Below, in pieces: positions 30,802 through 39,614 of a stretch of 64,000 nucleotides of DNA. Made by a program: the position numbers and the translations under genes. Location of the stretch: assembly GCA_963664405.1 (NCBI GenBank), contig OY761158.1:4960001-5024000 (forward strand), given 5' to 3'. The notes below the pieces were generated by a model. It ran no database searches and had not been told where the DNA came from. It saw only the letters and a list, made by a program, of their open reading frames with translations. Numbering within the stretch: position 1 is the stretch's first letter; every line of letters begins with the position of its first letter. This stretch comes from Thermoanaerobaculia bacterium. GTDB lineage: Bacteria; Acidobacteriota; Thermoanaerobaculia; Multivoradales; Multivoraceae.

Positions 30802-30918
30802 TGTGCTTCTCCTTTTCCTTGGTCACAGCAGACTGTCCGGTGTAGCTGTCGGCGCTCGCCTGGCTTGCCCCGTGACTCCAGCCTGAGGGTCGGGCGTGGG
30901 GCTGAAGCGCGACGCCCA

Positions 30919-31350
30919 TCAGAGCGCAAGCGCGCCGAAGTAGACAAAGGGCGCGCTGATGGCGATGCGCACCAGTCCCAACAGGCGCCACCCGATCAGG
31001 CTCCCACTCAGGTCAGAGGGCACGAACGCCTGGATGATGGCTCGGAAAGAGCCTGGGAACAGCACCAACGCTGTTGTCATGAACACGACCAAGACCCAGC
31101 CGATGAGCGACAGGATGAACGCCAAGGTGCTCTGCCCATTCAGGTCCAAGGACCCCTGCTCTGAAGCTCCTGCCCAAATCATCGCCAACCCGAGTGGGAG
31201 CAAGAACGCCCCGAACGTTCGGGTTCGACCGTTCGTCGTGGTCGTCCTAGTGAACCAGCGCAGCACAGACGCTGGCGCGACGAAGACGAAGCCCCCGTAG
31301 CCAACACCGAGGACCCCAACCGCGATGCTCACGATTCCAAGCGCGCTCAC
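30919..31350 (-). CDS. membrane protein (DUF2065-like)
   Basis: Four hydrophobic segments; SD AGGAGG. Confidence 0.7.
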   Translation of the reverse strand: MSALGIVSIAVGVLGVGYGGFVFVAPASVLRWFTRTTTTNGRTRTFGAFLLPLGLAMIWAGASEQGSLDLNGQSTLAFILSLIGWVLVVFMTTALVLFPGSFRAIIQAFVPSDLSGSLIGWRLLGLVRIAISAPFVYFGALAL

Positions 31351-31543
31351 GAGCCCTCCTTAGAGACTTCCTTGGGGGTGGCTGAACAAGCTACCCGAGT
31401 GGCTGCTTTCAGCGACATCGAATGGACAGCATTCTAGCTGGCGGTTCAGGAGCCTGATAGCTATTCAGCTCTTCCTGTCGTCCTTCGCCAGGAAGTGCGA
31501 CAGCCTCAGCCGCCACTCGGGAGAGCGGCGTCTTGAGGCGACC

Positions 31544-33835
31544 TCAGGTCTTAGCCATCTCGCCCAGACCCACCCGGCTCATCGCAGACAGGAAACGAGG
31601 ATCAGACCGAACCGGAGCCGACCAGCGGAACACCAGCCACACCATCGCTATCAGGGTGCCCTCGTCGACGGCCTTCTCCAGGAAGTCCAGGGCCGTATCG
31701 TAGTCCCCTATCCCCAGATAGAGGATACCGACGTAGGCAGGCGGTACGTAGCGCAACTTCGAGATGGCCACGAGCTTGTTCAGATGTTTCTTGGCTTCCT
31801 CTTGCTGGCCCATACCCTCAAGGACGGCGCACAAGCGAGCGTAGACATAGTAGGCCTCCTCACCCGCGACTGATAGTGCCCGCGAGAAAGCGCGGTGGGC
31901 AGCCTCGAGGTCTCCGGTTTCACAATAGGTGTCACCCAGAAACTGGAGCGCGAGATAGTAGTTTCGATCCGTCGTGAGAACACGTTCAAGTTGAGCGAGC
32001 GCCTCGTCGTATCTGCCGGAACTGTAGAGAACCATAGCGATCCCGGTCTGAGAAAGGGGGTCGAGTGGATCCGCCTCGACAGCCCTCTCGAACTGAGCGA
32101 GAGCTTCATCGAATCGCCTCATCCACCACAACCGCCAGGCGGACCAGCGGTGCGCATCTCCGCTGTCAGGACTCAAGGCCAGCGCCCGCCCGAAGGAGCT
32201 CTCGGCTCCGGCCCAGTCCCTTCTGTACGTCACTCTCATGATGCCTCGCATCACATGTACTTCCGCCAAGCTGCTATTCAACTCGATGGACCGATCGATG
32301 GCGGACCGCGCGATGGGATACGCCTCCGTCGGGGGGATCTCGAACATCGGGCCGGCCCCCCCCATGAACATCGTTGCACCCGCAAGCGTGAAGTAAGCCT
32401 CCGCGTACTCCGCATCGAGCTCGATCGCCTGCTTCGAGTATTCGACGGCTGTCTGAAGGTCCGGAACAGTGAGTTTGTGGAAGTGATAGCGCGCTTTCAG
32501 ATAGAGCGTGAAGGCCTCTCGGTTTCTCGTGCGCCGCTTCACGAGATTCTCGCTGTCGGTGCCGAACAGCTGCACCCTGAGCTCGTCGACGATCGCTAGC
32601 GTGATCTCGTCCTGGATTGCGAAGACATCTTCCAGCTCTCTGTCATAGCGCTGGGACCACAGGTGGTAACCATCGCTGACATTGACGAGCTGCGCCGTGA
32701 CCCGAATCCGCGCGCCAGCCTTTCGAACGCTTCCTTCGAGCACGGATCGGACCCCCAGCTCCTTCCCGATCTCGCGAACATCGACATCGCGGCCTTTGAA
32801 CGAGAAGGCCGAAGTCCGTGCGACGACGTGCAGGTTCTCGAGCTGTGTCAAGGCGTTGATGAGCTCCTCCGCCATGCCGTCACAGAAATACTCCTGTTCC
32901 GGGTCGGCGCTCATGTTGGCAAAGGGAAGCACAGCGATCGAAGGTCGCTTCCCGTGGTGTTGCTCTCCTCGACCGCCCCCGGATCTCTCTTCCAGGGCCT
33001 CGAGCTCGATCGCTAGGTCTCGGGCGGATTGCCACCGTCGATCCGGATTCTTGTCGAGGCATCTGCTCACAATCCAATCCAGTCGAGGCGGGGATAGAGG
33101 TTGGTGTCTCGACGGGGGATCTGGATCCGAGCGCAGAATGGAAGCGATCAGATCCGCCTGGCTGTCTCCGCTGAAGGGCCGCGATCCAGAAACCAACTCG
33201 TGAACGATGCAGCCGAGCGCCCAGATATCAGCCCGAGCGTCGACTTGTCCGCCCTGCAACTGCTCCGGAGCCATGTAGGGCATCGTGCCGAAGATGTGTC
33301 CTTCCTCCGTTATCGCTGCCGCCATTGTGGTCGCCTCGGTGTCGACTACCTCGCGGTCGGCACTGCCTCGCGCAAGGCCGAAGTCGACAACCTTCGCTCC
33401 CGTTACAGTCAGCATCACATTGCCCGGCTTGAGGTCGCGATGGACGACAGCCCTCCGATGAGCCGCCTCGATCGCCTCGGCGATCTCCCCCGCGACTCGA
33501 AGAGCCTCCTTGATGGGGAGCGCACCCTTTTTCAGCCGATCTTCGAGCGTTTCCCCCTCTAGGTATTCCATGACGAGGTAGTCGAGCCCGTTCTCTGAGC
33601 CGACGTCGTACAGCGTGCATATGTTTGGGTGCTGCAGCTGGGAGATGGTCTTCGCCTCCCGCTCGAAACGCCTCTTGAAGGTGGCGTCCTTGCTCAGTGA
33701 GGAAGGCAGGACCTTGACGGCGACATCACGGCCGAGACGGGTATCACGAGCCCGATACACCTCCCCCATGCCGCCCTTGCCGCGCAGCTCGACGATCTCG
33801 TAGGGACCGAGGCGGGAGCCTGGTTCTAGAGCCAT
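31544..33835 (-). CDS. Ser/Thr kinase with TolB-N-like domain and TPR repeats (kinase 2)
   Basis: HRDLKPGNVML, DFG, YMAPE; SIAVLPFANMSADPEQEYFCDG; TPRs. Confidence 0.95.
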   Translation of the reverse strand: MALEPGSRLGPYEIVELRGKGGMGEVYRARDTRLGRDVAVKVLPSSLSKDATFKRRFEREAKTISQLQHPNICTLYDVGSENGLDYLVMEYLEGETLEDRLKKGALPIKEALRVAGEIAEAIEAAHRRAVVHRDLKPGNVMLTVTGAKVVDFGLARGSADREVVDTEATTMAAAITEEGHIFGTMPYMAPEQLQGGQVDARADIWALGCIVHELVSGSRPFSGDSQADLIASILRSDPDPPSRHQPLSPPRLDWIVSRCLDKNPDRRWQSARDLAIELEALEERSGGGRGEQHHGKRPSIAVLPFANMSADPEQEYFCDGMAEELINALTQLENLHVVARTSAFSFKGRDVDVREIGKELGVRSVLEGSVRKAGARIRVTAQLVNVSDGYHLWSQRYDRELEDVFAIQDEITLAIVDELRVQLFGTDSENLVKRRTRNREAFTLYLKARYHFHKLTVPDLQTAVEYSKQAIELDAEYAEAYFTLAGATMFMGGAGPMFEIPPTEAYPIARSAIDRSIELNSSLAEVHVMRGIMRVTYRRDWAGAESSFGRALALSPDSGDAHRWSAWRLWWMRRFDEALAQFERAVEADPLDPLSQTGIAMVLYSSGRYDEALAQLERVLTTDRNYYLALQFLGDTYCETGDLEAAHRAFSRALSVAGEEAYYVYARLCAVLEGMGQQEEAKKHLNKLVAISKLRYVPPAYVGILYLGIGDYDTALDFLEKAVDEGTLIAMVWLVFRWSAPVRSDPRFLSAMSRVGLGEMAKT

Positions 33836-33991
33836 GAGTTGAATAGAAGTCTACCGCCCACGGGCGCTATGGCCGAGCACGAGGATCACACCCGTGTCGC
33901 AGAGCACCCACAAAGACGACATCGCGCCGATTTTGGGGTCTATCGTCCTTCAGCTATGCCTGTCGTGGTCCGCCACATATTGCGACATCTC

Positions 33992-36682
33992 TCAGTCGGT
34001 TGGCACGAGGCGTTTCAGCTCCTCTAGCCAATTCAGGACGACGGTAATCGTCATGGTTTCGGTCTCCTCTACCTCAGGAATTGCAAGCATGAGGAAGCGG
34101 CCGTCGCGGGCGACATCGTAGTTCGGAAAGTGATCTTCCTGTGAGAAATATGGGTGGCTCCAGAGCTCAATCGGCTCGTCATGTAGCAGTTCGGGTTCGG
34201 TCTCGATTTCCACAGCCATCATCCGGTCCCGGACGCGGTAGTACAGCTCGTCTCCCGTCGATGACCACACCGGCTGACTACCGCCGCCTTGGGATATTTG
34301 TTCCGCCCTTTCCGTTCCAGGATAGCGTCGAACCCAGACCTCGGACTGCCCAGTCTCATCAGAGCTATAGACGATCCAACCCCCTTGTGGAGCGAATTTC
34401 GGAGAAGCGGCATCGTAGGTCGCGTCCGTCAGTGGCTCGGGCAAGCCTCCCCGGGGCAGGACCCATATCCTCGAACCGTCGGCAGATACTTCCCGGAATG
34501 CCAGGGATTCCCCATCGGGTGACCACGATCGGGGCATCTGATAGTTGTCGCGAAGAAGCACTTCTGTGCGTACGGCATCTTCATCCACACGCTTCTCGAA
34601 CATGTCCCCGTTCACGGTATAGGTCAGTGTTTCACCGTCGGGTCTCCATGCAGGGTTGTACTCGATCTCGTCCTCCCCCACCGGGAACGCCCCGCTCCCG
34701 TCGATGTTCATGACCCAGACCTTGCCGATTCCGTGAGCGTCGGTTCGGGAGGTCGCGAGCCGATCGCCCGCCGGAGAGATCTGCAGATCGAAGTACAGCC
34801 CCAGTGGCGCATCGATGAGCGTCTCGTGGCCCTCTCGATCCACCCAGGCGGGCTGTCTTTCCAGACCCATTGTGCCTTGCACAAAAACCAGATCTCCGGT
34901 CGGTGAGAGATCGAAAGAAGCGTGCTCCAGCCCCGCACTATTGCCGGCTGCGATGCCGTCCTCCGCCGTCTGTATTCGACCCATTTCAAGAGTGTCCAGG
35001 TCGAATGAAACCAGCCGTAGGTTCCCGTTCTGCGTAAATGCAATGTATCCGGGCGACAGATATCGTGGCTCCGATCCCGACAGGCCGAGATCGACCCAGT
35101 CGCCTGTGTCGAGCGACAAACGAGCGATTCGCGATCCGTCCTTCGTTCCAATTGCAAACAGCACCGTCGTGCCGTCAGGCAGGAATTCAGGATGTCCGTG
35201 AGCGATCTGACCGCCTCCTGGATCCGGAATTGTGAGCGGTCGGGGAGCACCTCCCGTTAGGGAGACTTGGACGAGCCCGGATGGAATGCCATTGCCGAAG
35301 ATGATCAGGTCATCCGGTCCCCAGGCGACGCCGTAGACAGGCCCTACGCTGGCGATATCCAGTGGTGCGCCACCTCCAACTGGAACTCTTTGTAGTTTTC
35401 CGTTGGCCGTAAACCCCACCCACGCACCATTGGGGGAGAAGAAAAGATCTTGCGCCCCTTCGGTTCCGGCCAGAAGCGTACCCTCGCCTTCGGCCATGGC
35501 TCGGACGAATATCTGACGGACCGGTTCACGTCCTTCTTCTCCGGAGGGTGCTACCCGGGTTGAGAGGTAGGCGATGCGTGACCCGTCTGGCGAGATAGCA
35601 ATCGGACCATCGACCCCAGACCCGATCCCCTGATTTGCGCCCAACGGAACGTCAAACGAAAAGCGAACCGTTGGAGAGTAAACGGACCGATCGGTGGCGA
35701 AGTTCCATGCGGCGAATCCGGCCACCAGCACGCCGAGCGCGAAAGCGATGCCCCATGTCAGGCCACTTGGCGATCTGGTTCGAGTCGCGGTCTGGGAGTG
35801 AGCTCCCGGCTCCTCAGCGTCGGCAGCGTCATCGCCGACCGCCTGAAGCTCGATGCCCACATCCAAGGCCGACTGCCAGCGTCGCTCGGGGTCTTTGGCC
35901 AGACAGCGGGACACCACCCAGTCGAGACGTCGTGGAGCGAGCTCTTGGACCACGCTCAGCGGTCGAGGCTCGGAGGCCATGATGGCGGTGGTCAGACTCG
36001 CCTGGTTGTCGCCCTGGAAGGGCCGCTCGCCGGTGATCATCTCGTAGAGCACGCAGCCCAGGGCCCAAATGTCGGTGCGGGCATCGGTGTCCTTGCCTTC
36101 GAGCTGTTCCGGTGCCATGTAGAGCTGCGTGCCGAGGATCGAGCCCTGACCGGTGATCGGCTGCATCCTCGTTGGTGACTGAGTGTTGGCCGCTTGTGGT
36201 TCCGGCTCGATGCTCTTCGCCAGTCCGAAGTCCAGCACTTTGACGCCGGTCTTGGTCAGCATCACGTTGCCGGGCTTCAAATCCCGATGCACGATTTCTG
36301 CCTTGTGGGCGGCGTCGATCGCTGCGCCGATCTGGCTGCCGATCTCGAGCGCTCGGGCGATCGGTAGAGCGCCCTTCTCGAGGAGCTTCTCCAGGGTCTC
36401 GCCTTCCGCCACCTCCATGACCAGGAAGCGAGTGCCGCCGGCTGCTTCGAAGCTATAGAGCGTGGCGATGTTCGGGTGCTTGAGGCCGGCCAGGACCTTG
36501 GCCTCGCGCTCGAAGCGAGCCAGCCGGTCAGCATCTTCGGAAACCTCATCGAGAAGCAGCTTGATCGCTACTTCCCGCCCGAGCTTGGTGTCTTTGGCTC
36601 GGTAGACCTCTCCCATTCCCCCAGCACCGAGGGAAGAGACGACCTCATAGTGGCCAAGCTTCGTGCCTGCTTCTAGCGCCAT
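33992..36682 (-). CDS. Ser/Thr kinase with TM helix and PD40 propeller (kinase 3)
   Basis: Kinase motifs; ISPDG/FSPNG/WSPDG repeats; ends NWLEELKRLVPTD. Confidence 0.95.
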   Translation of the reverse strand: MALEAGTKLGHYEVVSSLGAGGMGEVYRAKDTKLGREVAIKLLLDEVSEDADRLARFEREAKVLAGLKHPNIATLYSFEAAGGTRFLVMEVAEGETLEKLLEKGALPIARALEIGSQIGAAIDAAHKAEIVHRDLKPGNVMLTKTGVKVLDFGLAKSIEPEPQAANTQSPTRMQPITGQGSILGTQLYMAPEQLEGKDTDARTDIWALGCVLYEMITGERPFQGDNQASLTTAIMASEPRPLSVVQELAPRRLDWVVSRCLAKDPERRWQSALDVGIELQAVGDDAADAEEPGAHSQTATRTRSPSGLTWGIAFALGVLVAGFAAWNFATDRSVYSPTVRFSFDVPLGANQGIGSGVDGPIAISPDGSRIAYLSTRVAPSGEEGREPVRQIFVRAMAEGEGTLLAGTEGAQDLFFSPNGAWVGFTANGKLQRVPVGGGAPLDIASVGPVYGVAWGPDDLIIFGNGIPSGLVQVSLTGGAPRPLTIPDPGGGQIAHGHPEFLPDGTTVLFAIGTKDGSRIARLSLDTGDWVDLGLSGSEPRYLSPGYIAFTQNGNLRLVSFDLDTLEMGRIQTAEDGIAAGNSAGLEHASFDLSPTGDLVFVQGTMGLERQPAWVDREGHETLIDAPLGLYFDLQISPAGDRLATSRTDAHGIGKVWVMNIDGSGAFPVGEDEIEYNPAWRPDGETLTYTVNGDMFEKRVDEDAVRTEVLLRDNYQMPRSWSPDGESLAFREVSADGSRIWVLPRGGLPEPLTDATYDAASPKFAPQGGWIVYSSDETGQSEVWVRRYPGTERAEQISQGGGSQPVWSSTGDELYYRVRDRMMAVEIETEPELLHDEPIELWSHPYFSQEDHFPNYDVARDGRFLMLAIPEVEETETMTITVVLNWLEELKRLVPTD

Positions 36683-36780
36683 GCGAGTGGCGAGAGTCTA
36701 CCGCTCGACTGCCTTCAACGACTTATAGGCCGATCGCGATACTTGTCGCGGTCCGCCACCAAAGGCGACAAGGCCCGCGC

Positions 36781-39459
36781 TCACGAGCCCCCCTCGGAGA
36801 ACATCTCGAGCACCTTGGCCCGCCAGTTCTGGACCAGGATCACTTTTTCCTCCTGGTCCTCAGCGGCCTCGACCATCAGGAAGCGGCCGTCCGGATGCAC
36901 ACCGTAGTTGATGATGCCTAGGTTCGGACCCCTTCGGAACCGATCTTCGAACAGGGTCTCAGGCCGCCCGATGACCAACTCACTGCCCTTCTTCTCGATC
37001 GGGATGGTCATCATGTGGGTCGGGCCGCGGTAGAAGATCTCGTCTCCCGAAGAGGACCATGCCGCTTCCTGGCCGCCTTCGAAGGTGAGCTGGCGCGGCT
37101 CCCCTGGGCCCGGGAAGGGGATCAGCCACAGCTGCGACATAGCGTCGACGGGGTCGAATCCGGCGTAGGCGATCCAGTCCCCATCGGGGTGGAAGCCTCC
37201 CGAGCGAACGAAGACACTGTCGTCGACCACAGAGCGTACCTCGCCGCTACTGCGGTCGAGGGCGACAAACCCCTCCTCGAAGAAGTGGTAGAGCAACACC
37301 CAGCGCCCGTCGGCGGAGACGCCGAAATAGGATTGAGCCTGCTCGGAGGGCAGTAGCCTCTGCGCCGGGGCGCTACGATCGGCCGGCTGGAAAAACACCT
37401 GTGCGTAGTCGTCGACGCGATTCGCCACGAAGAAGATCTCTTTGCCGTCTGGCGGGATCTCTGTCGCGACCGAAGTGGAGCCCGTCTGAGCCGGTCGGCT
37501 CCACGAGCCGGTGGCGAGGTCGAGGGCCCATTGCTCGTTGCCGTCGCCGGCCGAGTTTCGCGAGTGGACCGAGATCCTGTGACCATCGAGGGATGGCCTG
37601 GGAACGGCGAAGGCCTTGATCTCAGGAGCCACCGGCTCGACCTCGCCGCCGCCGCGGTTCACCCACACCAGCCGAGACTGGTTGCTCACCTGCCCTCTCA
37701 CGTAGACGAGATCACCGGACTTTTGAACGTCGAAGCGACCAATGTCGACCGGAATCCCGGGCACGCGAGCTACCTCGGTTTCGACTTGTCGAGGCGGAGC
37801 CGCGAGCTCTCCGGTCACCGAGTCGATGGGAGCCGCCCACAGCGCTCCGCTTCGATAGAAGGCCATCAACCCCGGTTCGACGTAGGTGGCCGCGGCGCCT
37901 TGCGTGAGCACCCGCCCCTCGCCGGTCCCCAGATCCACGGCGACGAGGTCGGCCCAGAACCCTTCTCTTCGATCCTGCGGCAGAGTCGCCAGCAGAGTTT
38001 GACCTCCGGGGAGGAGAGCGGTTGCCATGCCATCACCGATACGCTCGGGCTCGCCGCCGGTAACCGCGACTCGCCAGATCTCGGCTTCGTTTGGGTTAGT
38101 GCGCGATGGTACATGAGTGTAGTAAATGGAGCCGTCCTCTCCCCACGGCCCTGGACTAAAGACGTTCTCCGCGATCGTCGTGGCTCCTCCTCCCTCGACA
38201 GCTACCGTTTTCAGCTTGCCACTGCTGTCAACGAAGACCAGATTCCCGCCGTCGGGGGAGAAGAAGGCAAATCCTCCAGCTCCCTCAGTCCCCGAGATCG
38301 GTTGCGGAAACAGCGAATCGAGGGAGCGACGAGCCAGGATAGATCCGCCACCGGCCTGCTGTTGCGGGAATACCAGAGTACGCCCGTCAGGCGAGATCGT
38401 CGCGAGTCCTTCGTCGGCCGCGATGTCGAGGGTCGTCACGGTCCAGACCTCCGCGCCGCCCTCGACCGCCGGCACATTCGAGCCGCGAGGAAATGCGAAG
38501 CCGATTACCATCCCGACCAGGAGAACGAGGCCCCCGGCCAGGGCGGCGACTCGCGGACGCAGGGCCCGGTCGGCGGTGCCTCCTGTAGGCGCCGCCGTCT
38601 CGGTCCCCTGGTCGAGGCCGCCCAGCTCCAGCGCCACATCGCGCGCCGACTGCCAACGCCGATCGGGATCCTTGTCGAGACAGCGCTCGATCACCCAGTC
38701 GAAGCGGGCCGGCGCGAGCGGCTGGAGCTCCGACAGAGCGCGCACCCGACCGGTCATGATCGACGCGATCAAGCTGGCCTGAGAGGTCCCCTCGAACGGC
38801 CTTGCCCCGCTGGCCATCTCGTAAAGCACGGCGCCAAGGCCCCAGATGTCGCTGCGAGTGTCTGCCTCCTTACCTTCGAGCTGCTCGGGCGCCATGTATT
38901 GCAGCGTGCCGAGAATCGAGCCTTCGCTGGTCAGTGGCTGGGTGATGGTCGGCGTCTGCGTGCTCCCGCTAAGGGCACCGACCTGGACTCCCTTGGCGAG
39001 GCCGAAGTCGAGCACCTTGGCTCCCTCGCGAGTCAACATCACATTGCCGGGCTTGAGATCGCGGTGGACCACTCCCTGGCGATGAGCGGCGTCGATGGCC
39101 TCGGCGATCTGGGATCCGATCGTCGCCACCTCATCCAGCGGCAGGGCGCCGCGTCGAAGCCGGTCCTCGAGGGTCTCTCCCTCCAGGTACTCCATGACCA
39201 GGTAATCGACACCGTCCTCGCTGCCGATGTCGTAGAGCGTGCAGACATGGGGATGGGTCAGCTGCGAGATGGTCTTCGCTTCGCGCTCCAGCCGCTGACG
39301 GTAGAGCGTGTCCTGCCCGAGCTCCTCAGGTAGCACCTTGATGGCGACATCCCGCTCCAGGCGTGTGTCACGACCCAGGTACACCTCTCCCATGCCGCCC
39401 TTGCCGCGCAGCTCGACGATCTCGTAGGGACCGAGGCGGGAGCCTGGTTCTAGAGCCAT
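36781..39459 (-). CDS. Ser/Thr kinase with TM helix and PD40 propeller (kinase 4)
   Basis: Start MALEPGSRLGPYEI at 39459; kinase motifs; propeller repeats. Confidence 0.95.
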   Translation of the reverse strand: MALEPGSRLGPYEIVELRGKGGMGEVYLGRDTRLERDVAIKVLPEELGQDTLYRQRLEREAKTISQLTHPHVCTLYDIGSEDGVDYLVMEYLEGETLEDRLRRGALPLDEVATIGSQIAEAIDAAHRQGVVHRDLKPGNVMLTREGAKVLDFGLAKGVQVGALSGSTQTPTITQPLTSEGSILGTLQYMAPEQLEGKEADTRSDIWGLGAVLYEMASGARPFEGTSQASLIASIMTGRVRALSELQPLAPARFDWVIERCLDKDPDRRWQSARDVALELGGLDQGTETAAPTGGTADRALRPRVAALAGGLVLLVGMVIGFAFPRGSNVPAVEGGAEVWTVTTLDIAADEGLATISPDGRTLVFPQQQAGGGSILARRSLDSLFPQPISGTEGAGGFAFFSPDGGNLVFVDSSGKLKTVAVEGGGATTIAENVFSPGPWGEDGSIYYTHVPSRTNPNEAEIWRVAVTGGEPERIGDGMATALLPGGQTLLATLPQDRREGFWADLVAVDLGTGEGRVLTQGAAATYVEPGLMAFYRSGALWAAPIDSVTGELAAPPRQVETEVARVPGIPVDIGRFDVQKSGDLVYVRGQVSNQSRLVWVNRGGGEVEPVAPEIKAFAVPRPSLDGHRISVHSRNSAGDGNEQWALDLATGSWSRPAQTGSTSVATEIPPDGKEIFFVANRVDDYAQVFFQPADRSAPAQRLLPSEQAQSYFGVSADGRWVLLYHFFEEGFVALDRSSGEVRSVVDDSVFVRSGGFHPDGDWIAYAGFDPVDAMSQLWLIPFPGPGEPRQLTFEGGQEAAWSSSGDEIFYRGPTHMMTIPIEKKGSELVIGRPETLFEDRFRRGPNLGIINYGVHPDGRFLMVEAAEDQEEKVILVQNWRAKVLEMFSEGGS

Positions 39460-39614
39460 GAGTTGGCGACATCTTACAGTCGCCCGGTGGATCAGCGGCT
39501 CAGAGCTCGAATTGTGTTGTCGCACCTCACCATATTTCACGACAGCCCCTCTCCTCAGAGGCTTATTCGTTTTCGGCTATACGTGTCGTGGTGCGCCCCA
39601 AAGTGCGACATCTT

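Noticed and set aside
37531-39333. Long antisense or alternative-frame ORFs (also 3226-4941, 11797-13029, 13106-14521, 25401-26984, 56692-57987)
   Set aside because: They overlap well-supported genes and lack motifs; expected shadows in high-GC DNA.
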